Below are positions 1-8,257 of a DNA stretch of 64,000 bases, in pieces. The notes below the pieces were generated by a model. The model was not told where the DNA came from, made no database searches, and saw only the letters and a list, made by a program, of their open reading frames with translations. Origin of the DNA: Eubacteriales bacterium (GTDB lineage: Bacteria; Bacillota; Clostridia; Oscillospirales; CAG-382); the NCBI GenBank assembly GCA_045587745.1, contig JAZNCU010000018.1, positions 3,434 to 67,433 of the forward strand, given 5' to 3'. Position 1 is the first letter of the stretch. Every line of letters begins with the position of its first letter. Made by a program: the position numbers and the translations under genes.

Positions 1-1013
1 CCCGAGGGAAGGTGCTCAAACGAAAGCCCGAGGTCTGCAAAAACCTTGAGGACCTTCATACCAAAGCCTGCCTCCTGGTTCATCATATCCTTTTCGATAC
101 GGATGGCGGCAAAGCCCTTTTTGCCCGCAATACCCGTAATGATATCGTCGTTGCGGTAGCCCTCCGCCGAGGTAACGATAAGCGTTCCTATATCGGACGG
201 TCGGTTGGTGTTGCGTATGTTTATGGGAATTCCTGCCAGCTTTACGGGGAAAATGCTGTCCTCGTGAAGCACGGTTGCGCCCATATACGAAAGCTCACGA
301 AGCTCACGGTATGTAATAATCTTGATGGGACGGGGGTTATCCACGATTCTCGGGTCGCACATCATAAATCCCGATACGTCGGTCCAGTTCTCGTAAATGT
401 CCGCCATCACCGCCCTTGCAACGATCGCTCCCGTAATATCGCTTCCGCCTCGGCTGAAAGTCTTTATGCTTCCGTCGGGAAGCGAGCCGTAAAAGCCGGG
501 AATTACCGCACGGTCGGCAGTTTTTAATACCTCGGACATAACGATATCGGTTTTTGTGGGGTTGAATCGACCGTTTTCGTCAAAGAAAATAACGTCCTTG
601 GCGTCTATAAACTCATAGCCGAGATAGCTCGAAAGAATAAGCCCGTTGAAATACTCACCTCGTGAGGCGATATAATCGAGCGTTGCGCCGTTGGCAACCG
701 CCTGTTCAAAAACCCCAAACGCCTCATCGATCGACATATCCATACCGAGACCGACAATAATATCGGTGTAACGTGATTTGATCTCCTTTATCACGTCCGA
801 GTAATCCTCACCTGCAGATGCCTTTTTATGGCACAGGATAAGCAGGTCGGTAACCTTTGTGTCGCCGTCGAATCGCTTTCCGGGTGCGCTGGGCACGACA
901 AACCGCCTTGTCGATTCGGCTCTTATTATTTCGGCGCACTTTTTGATCTGCTCAGCCGATGCAAGCGAGCTGCCGCCGAATTTTACTACTTTTTTCTCGT
1001 TTAATACTCTCAT
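1..1013 (-). CDS. aspartate kinase (N-terminal ~337 codons; C-terminus lies beyond the left window edge)
   Basis: Absent from the ORF track because it is open at the edge. Minus-strand translation from ATG 1013..1011 reads MRVLNEKKVVKFGGSSLASAEQIKKCAEIIRAESTRRFVVPSAPGKRFDGDTKVTDLL... and ends ...GMKVLKVFADLGLSFEHLPSG at base 1. The KFGGSS and VPSAPGKR signatures match amino-acid-kinase-fold aspartokinases. The + ORF 12..527 is its antisense shadow. Confidence 0.8.
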   Translation of the reverse strand, partial: MRVLNEKKVVKFGGSSLASAEQIKKCAEIIRAESTRRFVVPSAPGKRFDGDTKVTDLLILCHKKASAGEDYSDVIKEIKSRYTDIIVGLGMDMSIDEAFGVFEQAVANGATLDYIASRGEYFNGLILSSYLGYEFIDAKDVIFFDENGRFNPTKTDIVMSEVLKTADRAVIPGFYGSLPDGSIKTFSRGGSDITGAIVARAVMADIYENWTDVSGFMMCDPRIVDNPRPIKIITYRELRELSYMGATVLHEDSIFPVKLAGIPINIRNTNRPSDIGTLIVTSAEGYRNDDIITGIAGKKGFAAIRIEKDMMNQEAGFGMKVLKVFADLGLSFEHLPS

Positions 1014-1138
1014 AATACCGTATCCACAACAATATTTCATTTTATTCTATCACATCATTTCGGATTATTCAATACCTCTTTTGCATAAAAGAGAGGCGGT
1101 TACACTATAATTATATGCTCAAAAATCACCGAAAGCAC

Positions 1139-1167
1139 TTGACAAAAAAGTGGCATTAGAGTAAAAT
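1139..1167 (+). promoter_or_regulatory. sigma-70-like promoter for tRNA-Arg
   Basis: TTGACA (1139-1144), 17-nt spacer, TAAAAT (1162-1167), about 40 nt upstream of the tRNA. Confidence 0.5.
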
Positions 1168-1206
1168 TCACTTACGCCTTGCGAAAAGGCAAAAATCAAT
1201 ATCCGT

Positions 1207-1281
1207 GCCTCCATAGTTAAATGGATATAACAAGCCCCTCCTAAGGGTTAGTTGTGAGTTCGATTCTCGCTGGGGGTGCCA
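1207..1281 (+). tRNA. tRNA-Arg (anticodon CCU)
   Basis: Cloverleaf folded by eye. Acceptor GCCTCCA/TGGGGGT (two G-U pairs), D stem GTTA/TAAC, anticodon stem AGCCC/GGGTT with loop CTCCTAA, T arm GTGAG-TTCGATT-CTCGC, discriminator G and encoded CCA. Confidence 0.85.
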
Positions 1282-1282
1282 G

Positions 1283-1312
1283 AAAAAAGCAGGTCTGATG
1301 ACCTGCTTTTTT
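1283..1312. terminator. bidirectional rho-independent terminator
   Basis: AAAAAAGCAGGTC-tgat-GACCTGCTTTTTT: perfect stem flanked by an A-run and a T-run, between the tRNA and the convergent gene ending at 1320. Confidence 0.8.
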
Positions 1313-1319
1313 CAACGAA

Positions 1320-2075
1320 TTAAAACTGTCTTCTTCGGTAAATCGTCACGAGTGCGACAAGCATCGCAAACGAGGCAAGGCTTATCAGCGCAAACACGGT
1401 CAGCGAGCCGCTGTCACCCGTTTGGGGAGTGGATAAATCATCTGTAGGCAGACTGCTTTCGGTGCTGCCCGAAGCATCGTTTGTGCCTGTCAGTACCGAG
1501 ATTTCATCGATAAAAACCCAGCCTGCATTCTTCTCGGCACCCGAATCATCGGTGAACGTACCAAGATGCTCGACAGTTACCTTTACATACCGTGCCGTTA
1601 CGCCCTCCGCAGTGAGGGTTTCGGCATAGGTTTCGGAAAGACCTGCCGAGACACCCTTTGCCGTGTTGAGCGTGCCGACGTCGGTATAGGTGCCGTTGCG
1701 CTCATCCGATACCGAAAAGGTTACGCTCTTGGGTGCAAAGATTCCGATATCCGTCTCGTTAAGAAAGCCGATGGTAAAGGCGCTAATATCGCTTTGCGTA
1801 CTGCCGAGGTCAAGGATAATCACAAAATTTCCGTCGCCGTCTACGTTTGCCTGGTTAAATCCGACGTAATATCCGCTTGAATAATAGCCGGATGCTCCGT
1901 CGGGCAGGGTAGCAAAAACACCGTCGGTAAGCTTTGCGCCGTCATCGGGGTATGCCTCGGAAGCCGGAGTGATAAGACTGTATTCCGCCTGCTCGGACAC
2001 GACCGCCGCATCTGTCGGAAGCAAAAACATTGCCACTGCAAGCATGACCAATATCAATGCTGTAATTTTTTTCAT
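1320..2075 (-). CDS. secreted discoidin (F5/8 type C)-like binding-domain protein with C-terminal cell-wall sorting signal (TPQTG)
   Basis: Signal peptide MKKITALILVMLAVAMFLLPTDA. Motifs KLTDGV...ARYVKVTV...FIDEISV resemble the N-terminal domains of 2228..4312 and 58427..60052. The C-terminus TPQTGDSGS + hydrophobic helix + RRRQF has classic sorting-signal architecture. Confidence 0.75.
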   Translation of the reverse strand: MKKITALILVMLAVAMFLLPTDAAVVSEQAEYSLITPASEAYPDDGAKLTDGVFATLPDGASGYYSSGYYVGFNQANVDGDGNFVIILDLGSTQSDISAFTIGFLNETDIGIFAPKSVTFSVSDERNGTYTDVGTLNTAKGVSAGLSETYAETLTAEGVTARYVKVTVEHLGTFTDDSGAEKNAGWVFIDEISVLTGTNDASGSTESSLPTDDLSTPQTGDSGSLTVFALISLASFAMLVALVTIYRRRQF

Positions 2076-2227
2076 TATAATTTCCTTTCAAAAATTTTTG
2101 TTACGAGTAAATTATCCCTCGATTTTACAAAAATATACCGAGACCGGATCAAAATAAAAAACGAAAGCCCGACTTCATTCTCCCTGAAGTCGGGCAATTT
2201 GTAAACAGAATTTACAGTAAGGCTAAC

Positions 2228-4312
2228 TTATTTTCTTCTCCTGCGTGATGCGAATATAATTACGTTTGTGATAAGTAATATTGAAATACATATCAGCCAG
2301 ATCGCAGTATTGTTATCGGAAGCGCCTGCCGCAGCGGGCTCGGACTCCTCGGATGATGCCGCAGACTCGTTGCCTTCCCCGGCATTGGGAAGCACCGTGA
2401 CGTTTACCGTGTTGCTGCCTATCAGCTTGCCGCCAAGGTATATTTCGTACGTAAATACGTCATCACCCTCAAAATTCCTGTCGGCACGGTAGGAAAAGCT
2501 GTTTTTGTTGCTGTCAAAAATCGCAACACCGTTTTGGGGGTACTCGGTCAATTTATATTCGTAATACCAATCACCGACAGCACCCGTGCTTCCGCTTACA
2601 CGCTCGTTGCCCACTGCGGTGAGAGCCGTATCGGGCGAAACGGGTGTGGTGTCCTCGGGAAGCGAGAGAGTATGCTTGATAAATTTATACGTAGCATCGT
2701 ATATCCAGCGTGCGTATCCGTCGGCTCTGCAGGCATCGTAAAAGGTTCCGGGACCCGCACCGTTGTAATATGCATGCACGGTATCGGTCATAAGCGAGTT
2801 TGAGGATGCCGAAATGAGATACTGCTCGTAAAATTTTCCGTAGTTCTCGGGCTCCCATCTAAAGCCGTCGGCAAGCTCCATCTGTATTCCCAGACCGTAT
2901 TTCATTGCCGTTTTGTAAAAATCCTCCATCGTTCCCGCAGGGTCGTCCTGCAGGCTGGCGTTGAACGAAAGATTTGGCTGCATCAGTGCCGCATCATAGC
3001 CGATATCGTAAACCGAATCGATGCCGACCGCCTGATAAAAGGGAATCATCACCGAGTAGAGTCCGTAAGCGTGAATTGCCTCGACCGTACGGGGAGCAAG
3101 CTCAAACTCATAGTCGTGGAACTGTCCCGTTATGGATTCGGAATAGTAAAAATATCCCTTGAAAGTGAGGTTTTTGTATCCCTTTTGAGTCCAACGGGCG
3201 TTTACCTCGTCCATAAACCATTTTATAACCTCGATACAATCGTCAACGCTCTCGATCCTGTCATCAACTCCGTCACCCGTGTAGTCACCGAAAACAGCTG
3301 TGCTGATTTTGGGGAACGGGATAGTCAGATAAACCGAGGTGGTGTGGTCGTCAGGCAGGCCAAGCGTTGATTTTACCGCCGAAGTAGCCTTGTCAAGTGC
3401 GGTGAGGTTATATTCATCGCTGAAATAGCTGTCGAGAAGCATATTCCAGTCCGAAATAACGGTAGCGCCGCCGTCAATCGTCAGCTTTCCGCCCGACGGA
3501 CAGTTGCCCTGCAGGGTCAAAAACATAACCGAGTCGAACATCGTGTCGGTTATCTTTCCGTTGTCGCTTTTGTAGCCGACATAGGGCATAAAGAAATCCA
3601 CTGTGTTATTGACGAGAGACTCGTTATCGGGCGAGTAGCCTGCGTGGAAGCAAACGATATCCCTGTCGCCGCCGAGCCTTTCGGGAGTGACAAGCTCGTT
3701 CATCGGCTCAAATCCGACGCAGCAGTAATCGGTCGGGGGTGTAAGGCTACAGCCCTTTTCGCCGTATACCGCAATCTCATCGCAAAAGGTGTTGACCGAA
3801 ACGTCAAACCTCACCGCAACGTACCTTGCACAAACAGGTGTTAGGACGATATCGTGATTCGAAACAATGTGATCGGCAGCCGACTGAGTGGTCTTTACGC
3901 TCGGCACGTCACCCGATATAATATCGTTTTTGCAGTAATTCTCACCGTCAACCGAGGTATAAACCTGAATATATCTCGGGGCGTAGATTCCCCAGCTGTT
4001 GTTCTGAAGAAATCTCGTTTCGACCCCCGTAACGGTGCAGTATTCGCCGAGGTCAATATAAATAACTCTTGCCGTAGCACGGTAAAACCACGCCCATTTT
4101 GAATTAAAATCGTTCGTGTCGCCGTAAACACCGTCGGTAAGCACGTCGAGATTCTTTTCGTGCTCGGGATAGCTGTGCTCGTTGGCGGACTCGGTTACGA
4201 TATTGTATTCCTTTCCAAAAGCAAGGTTTTCTTCCTTGGCGTAGGCGAGGCTCGCCGTACCCGGCAAAAGAAGCGTAACCAGCAGGATAAAAGCAACAAC
4301 TCTTTTCAGCAT
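2228..4312 (-). CDS. secreted discoidin-domain + DUF4855-like protein with Ig-like module, acidic linker and C-terminal TM anchor
   Basis: Signal peptide ...ASLAYA. Discoidin-like block (VLTDGVYGD...ARYVAVRF...CDEIAVYG). The central ~330 aa align visibly with 58427..60052 (FMPYVGY...DTMFDS, KW..DE, QPN..FN, YKFIKHT). The tail is SSEESEPAAAG + TM + SRRRRK. The DUF4855 label is from memory of that family, not a search. Confidence 0.7.
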   Translation of the reverse strand: MLKRVVAFILLVTLLLPGTASLAYAKEENLAFGKEYNIVTESANEHSYPEHEKNLDVLTDGVYGDTNDFNSKWAWFYRATARVIYIDLGEYCTVTGVETRFLQNNSWGIYAPRYIQVYTSVDGENYCKNDIISGDVPSVKTTQSAADHIVSNHDIVLTPVCARYVAVRFDVSVNTFCDEIAVYGEKGCSLTPPTDYCCVGFEPMNELVTPERLGGDRDIVCFHAGYSPDNESLVNNTVDFFMPYVGYKSDNGKITDTMFDSVMFLTLQGNCPSGGKLTIDGGATVISDWNMLLDSYFSDEYNLTALDKATSAVKSTLGLPDDHTTSVYLTIPFPKISTAVFGDYTGDGVDDRIESVDDCIEVIKWFMDEVNARWTQKGYKNLTFKGYFYYSESITGQFHDYEFELAPRTVEAIHAYGLYSVMIPFYQAVGIDSVYDIGYDAALMQPNLSFNASLQDDPAGTMEDFYKTAMKYGLGIQMELADGFRWEPENYGKFYEQYLISASSNSLMTDTVHAYYNGAGPGTFYDACRADGYARWIYDATYKFIKHTLSLPEDTTPVSPDTALTAVGNERVSGSTGAVGDWYYEYKLTEYPQNGVAIFDSNKNSFSYRADRNFEGDDVFTYEIYLGGKLIGSNTVNVTVLPNAGEGNESAASSEESEPAAAGASDNNTAIWLICISILLITNVIIFASRRRRK

Positions 4313-4371
4313 AATAACCTCCGTTTCCTTTTTACAGTATAAATCAACCGTGCCAAAAAATCAATGCCCTG

Positions 4372-4400
4372 TTGCATTCCTGCCCATTTTAATATATAAT
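4372..4400 (+). promoter_or_regulatory. sigma-70-like promoter for cysK
   Basis: TTGCAT (4372-4377), 17-nt spacer, TATAAT (4395-4400). Confidence 0.5.
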
Positions 4401-4427
4401 GCCTGTAACCTGGTTGGAGGTGCTTTT

Positions 4428-5342
4428 ATGATTTACAACGGAATTATTCCGCTTATAGGAAATACACCGCTTATCCGTCTCGAACGGTTTTCGGCCCGTG
4501 TCGGCGCAAAAAGAGCAATTCTCGGAAAGGCAGAGCGCTTTAATCCCTGCGGCTCGGCAAAGGACCGCCCCGCACTTTTTATGCTCGAGGAGGGTATAAA
4601 GCAGGGGAAGATCGACTCGGACACCGTTATTATCGAGGCAACGAGCGGCAATACGGGTATTGCGCTTGCGGCAATCTGCGCCTGTAAAGGGCTTGAGTGC
4701 GTTATCGTTATGCCCGAGAATATGTCGGCAGAGCGTCAAAGGCTCATTTCACTTTACGGAGCAAGGATTGTTTTGACTCCTGCATCCGAGGGGATGATCG
4801 GTGCCGCAAAAAAAGCCGAGAGCCTTGCAAAGGAGTACAAAAAAGCCTTTATTCCCGACCAGTTTTCAAATCCCGCAAACCCTCTTTCGCACTACGCAAC
4901 CACCGCCGGGGAAATTTGGAATTCTTGCGAGGGCAAAATAGCCGCAGTCGTTATCGGCGTGGGTAGCGGAGGGAGCATAAGCGGCATTGCTCGCTCCCTC
5001 AAGGAAAGGGACAGCGGCATCCGTGTCTTCGCTGTCGAGCCGCTCGGCTCTGCGGTGCTTTCGGGACAGCCTGCGGGCAGTCACGGAATACAGGGAATCG
5101 GAGCAGGATATATACCAAAAAATTACGATCAATCTCTCGTTGACGGAGTGATTGCGGTCAGCGACGGAGATGCGCTCGAATATGCCTCTCTGCTTGCAAA
5201 AACCGAGGGACTGCTCTGCGGAATTTCATCGGGTGCGGCGCTTTACGGAGCGAGGGAGGTTTCGCTTGACGAAACGATTGGCGATGGCGAAATAGTCGCT
5301 CTCCTTCCCGATACCGGCGAACGCTATCTTTCGGTTTTTTGA
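4428..5342 (+). CDS. cysK: cysteine synthase A (O-acetylserine sulfhydrylase)
   Basis: IGNTPLIRL, NPCGSAKDRPA (PLP lysine), TSGNTGIALA and GVGSGGSISG motifs. Start trimmed from 4350 to ATG 4428, which follows GGAGG (4416-4420). Confidence 0.93.
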   Translation: MIYNGIIPLIGNTPLIRLERFSARVGAKRAILGKAERFNPCGSAKDRPALFMLEEGIKQGKIDSDTVIIEATSGNTGIALAAICACKGLECVIVMPENMSAERQRLISLYGARIVLTPASEGMIGAAKKAESLAKEYKKAFIPDQFSNPANPLSHYATTAGEIWNSCEGKIAAVVIGVGSGGSISGIARSLKERDSGIRVFAVEPLGSAVLSGQPAGSHGIQGIGAGYIPKNYDQSLVDGVIAVSDGDALEYASLLAKTEGLLCGISSGAALYGAREVSLDETIGDGEIVALLPDTGERYLSVF

Positions 5343-5367
5343 GGGATGTTAAAAACGCATCGAACAG

Positions 5368-5440
5368 GGTGATGAGTGATGAGTCAAGGAGGATTTTGCC
5401 TTGCACAATAACTTATCACTCATCACTTATCACTCATCAC
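5368..5440. repeat. inverted repeat / slippery hairpin made of ATCACTCATCAC-type units
   Basis: Left arm GGTGATGAGTGATGAGT (5368-5384). Right side has two perfect tandem 14-mers TTATCACTCATCAC (5413-5426, 5427-5440). The arms can pair in three registers. It sits 26 nt after the cysK stop. Confidence 0.8.
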
Positions 5441-5522
5441 TGAAATACTCCTGCGATAAAGCAGAGACTTTCTTGGGATGACAAGGGCGGGTTTTTGCGG
5501 TATACTTCAATTAAAGAAAGTC

Positions 5523-5692
5523 GTATAGTATGTATACAGACAATACAGACAATACAGACATACAGACATACAGACATACAGACAATACAGACAATACAAA
5601 CAAACAACTTATTTGTGTCTTGTCTGTATAGTATGTCTGTATAGTATGTCTGTATACGCACAATACAGACAATACAGACAAACAGCAGACAC
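5523..5692. repeat. dense octamer array (ATACAGAC) with internal inversion
   Basis: Seven forward ATACAGAC copies at 5534, 5543, 5552, 5560, 5568, 5576 and 5585 (spacing 8-9 nt). Three inverted copies GTCTGTAT at 5622, 5635 and 5648 (spacing 13). Two more forward copies at 5663 and 5672. Intergenic. Confidence 0.9.
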
Positions 5693-5856
5693 AAAAAATG
5701 TTTTTAATAAGCGGTTATTTAACAGAGGAGGGACGAAAACGGACGATATAAACCTCTGACGGCGTTTGCGATATATTGCTCACGCAATGCGATATATCCT
5801 CGGTGCGATATGCTTGCTTTGCAAATACGAAAAGCGGAGTTTTCGGTATAAATTTG

Positions 5857-5885
5857 TTGACAAAACACGACGAAGGTTATATAAT
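5857..5885 (+). promoter_or_regulatory. sigma-70-like promoter
   Basis: TTGACA (5857-5862), 17-nt spacer, TATAAT (5880-5885), upstream of the membrane-protein gene. Confidence 0.55.
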
Positions 5886-5911
5886 TAACAAAAAATACGG
5901 AGGATATGATT

Positions 5912-6445
5912 ATGAACGATAATTTTAATCCCGATTTCACCGATAATAATGCGGATTCCACCGCTTCCTTTGTGCCGCCGCAGGAGCTGCCCGAGGAAAA
6001 CGTTTTTGCCGGCATTATCGGTGCGCTTCTTTTCTCGCTCGTCGGCGGTATCGTATGGTTTGTGCTTTATCAGATCGGAATCCTTGCCGCATTCAGCGGA
6101 ATTGTCGGCGTTATCTGTGCCATCAAGGGTTATTCGATATTCAGCAAGCGCGAGAGCATTAAGGGCATTGTTATTTCCAGCATTATTGCCTTTCTCGTTA
6201 TCGTTATTGCGTGGTATGCCTGCCTTTCCTATGACGTTTATCTTGCGTATCAGGATTGGTTCGCAAACGGCGAAATCGATTTTACCGTAACCTTTTTTGA
6301 GGCCGTGAGCGGAGCATACCTCTTCCTTGAGGAGTCCGATATAGCGATTGCTTATTTTAAGGATCTCGGCATCGGTCTGCTGTTCTGCATTATCGGCGCA
6401 TTCGGCTACGTCAAGGGTGCCGTTGCCAAAGTAAAAAACAAATAG
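5912..6445 (+). CDS. hypothetical integral membrane protein (4 predicted TM helices)
   Basis: ORF 5906..6445. ATG 5912 is 8 nt after GGAGG (5899-5903), so it is preferred over 5906. Hydrophobic segments such as FAGIIGALLFSLVGGIVWFVLY. No family recognised. Confidence 0.7.
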   Translation: MNDNFNPDFTDNNADSTASFVPPQELPEENVFAGIIGALLFSLVGGIVWFVLYQIGILAAFSGIVGVICAIKGYSIFSKRESIKGIVISSIIAFLVIVIAWYACLSYDVYLAYQDWFANGEIDFTVTFFEAVSGAYLFLEESDIAIAYFKDLGIGLLFCIIGAFGYVKGAVAKVKNK

Positions 6446-6475
6446 CCCGGTAAAACCATCATTAACAAAAGAGCC

Positions 6476-6526
6476 GCCCGAGATAGACAGCTTCATGGCG
6501 AAGTGTCTCCCTCGGGCAGATTTTTT
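6476..6526. terminator. bidirectional terminator between convergent genes
   Basis: GCCCGAGATAGACA ... TGTCTCCCTCGGGC stem (2 mismatches) followed by TTTTTT (6521-6526). Confidence 0.6.
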
Positions 6527-6528
6527 AC

Positions 6529-7971
6529 TTACTTAAAAAACTCGGTAGCGATATCATACACCTTTTGCTCAAGCGCGGGAACGCTCTTGCGGTCCGTCCA
6601 GCTGCACCAATAGGTATAGCCGCCCAGCGTAAGAGTGCGTGGCGTTGCCATATAGCCAAAGTAGCCGTTGCACTGATCAACCGTTACGGTGTTCGAGCCC
6701 GCAAGCATACTGCGAAGCCTTACCGTCGTTTCGCAAAGACTTTCGCCCGGCAGACCGATAAAGCAAAATTCGCCAAGCCTGAAACAGGGAATATCTATCG
6801 AAACCGTCCGATTTGCCAGCGTTTCGTCGTCAAATCCGCAGGAATCAAACACAATGTGGCGTGTGTATCTCGCCTTGTAAAGATCGTCGATTGTCCTCTT
6901 GACCTCGGCAGGAGTGGAGGAGGGAGCGCTTTTGGCTTTTTCAAAATTACGGAGGGCTGCCTCGATTTTTTCGTCCTGCTCACCTGCTTCGTTACGGCTG
7001 CGAGGTATATCCTCACGGAGAGGGATATTTATCCTAAAGGTGTCTACCTTTAGGTTATCGCAGTCAACGGGGACGCTGTTCCTTTCAAAACCGCTCAGCA
7101 GATCGTCGGCAATCGCAATACCGATCCTTTTACACTCAGCATCGCTGTCCTCAAAGCCGTCAACTCCCTCATAGCCCTTGCGTGAGGTTAGGTCGCCGCA
7201 GGGCCCGTTTATGTACATCGAGCATCCGCCGAGCACCCTTTCGAGCTCCTCGGAGAGATAGCCGGGCCAATCAAAATCGTAGTGATACATGGTGTGCTTG
7301 TTCTCAAGCGGCCTGTGCTCAAAAAGCACCGCCACGTCGGGATGCGCCGCAAACCTTGATATACTTCCGATAACGTCTCCGCTCTCGTTGCAGAACACAA
7401 AAAGATATGCCATCGGGTCGTTCTGATTGTCAAAGGGAACGGGCTTTTTGAGCACGGGAAGGTCTGGACGGTAGTCGAGCAAAAGCATCTTGCCCGGGTC
7501 CTGAATGCAGGGAGTTCCCTCCTCGTCGTACCGCATTCCCGTCCATACGGTCACTCCGCCGAGCCCCTCGACGTATTGCTCACGGCAAAAGCTGTGCTTT
7601 CCGCCGAAATTGCATTTTACGGCACGGCAACTAAAGGGAACGGCGCTTTGGATGAGTGCGTTTACCGCAGGCACCGCCCGTGCAATTATTTCGTCCATCG
7701 CAACCGCCATCTGGTGAGTGTCGGGTGCGGCGTGTACCTGAAGCTCATGGAAGATTATTGCGTTTTTGGGGATACCGCATTGCTCGGATACCGCATCCTT
7801 AAACCTTTCGGCATCGCGGGCAAAGGTGCCGAGCGAGTCAAAGGCGCACAAAAGCATCCTCGAGCTCTCGCTCTCGATATAAAAGAGCCTGGCGTACAAA
7901 TCGGTATGATACGGCCAGACGGGTGTAAAGGTGCCCTTAATCGAAAATTTACCAAAAGAACATTTAGCCAT
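6529..7971 (-). CDS. hypothetical protein, possibly neutral/alkaline-ceramidase-like hydrolase fold (low-confidence family call)
   Basis: 480-aa ORF with no signal peptide. Blocks ISRFAAHPDVAV and FIGLPGESLCE resemble ceramidase-N-like bacterial proteins. The gene call is solid but the family call is weak. Confidence 0.55.
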   Translation of the reverse strand: MAKCSFGKFSIKGTFTPVWPYHTDLYARLFYIESESSRMLLCAFDSLGTFARDAERFKDAVSEQCGIPKNAIIFHELQVHAAPDTHQMAVAMDEIIARAVPAVNALIQSAVPFSCRAVKCNFGGKHSFCREQYVEGLGGVTVWTGMRYDEEGTPCIQDPGKMLLLDYRPDLPVLKKPVPFDNQNDPMAYLFVFCNESGDVIGSISRFAAHPDVAVLFEHRPLENKHTMYHYDFDWPGYLSEELERVLGGCSMYINGPCGDLTSRKGYEGVDGFEDSDAECKRIGIAIADDLLSGFERNSVPVDCDNLKVDTFRINIPLREDIPRSRNEAGEQDEKIEAALRNFEKAKSAPSSTPAEVKRTIDDLYKARYTRHIVFDSCGFDDETLANRTVSIDIPCFRLGEFCFIGLPGESLCETTVRLRSMLAGSNTVTVDQCNGYFGYMATPRTLTLGGYTYWCSWTDRKSVPALEQKVYDIATEFFK

Positions 7972-8182
7972 AATATCTATCTCCTTTTTTGTATTTTAAC
8001 ACAGAAGCGCATTCATATTCAAGTAAAAGAGTATTAAAAAATGAGCAAATTCCTCATTAAACCGATAGCGTAACCCTGCAAAGGAGGGATTTAACCAAAC
8101 CGAAAGCACAAAAACACCGCAGGGTGCCGATGTTGCGCTTTGGCTTTTTGGCAATCGTTGCAAAAATTTCCCGAATAAGGTA

Positions 8183-8211
8183 TTGATTTGCAAAAAAGTA
8201 TGTGCTATACT
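8183..8211 (+). promoter_or_regulatory. sigma-70-like promoter
   Basis: TTGATT (8183-8188), 17-nt spacer, TATACT (8206-8211), upstream of the LRR-dockerin gene. Confidence 0.45.
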
Positions 8212-8257
8212 AAATAGGTAATAAAATTTTGATACACATAAAAAAGGGAGAATAGTC

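Noticed and set aside
12-527. 171-aa + strand ORF at the left edge
   Set aside because: It is antisense to the edge-truncated aspartate kinase gene, whose translation shows clear kinase and ACT-region motifs.
5523-5692. Possible CRISPR array
   Set aside because: The repeat unit is only 8-9 bp, with no unique spacers between copies. Copies occur in both orientations, and no cas genes are in the window.
5437-5694. 85-aa Cys/Val/Ile-rich ORF on the minus strand (MCLLFVCIVCIV...)
   Set aside because: This is a translation artefact of the ATACAGAC array. It has no RBS, and its periodic composition simply mirrors the DNA repeat.
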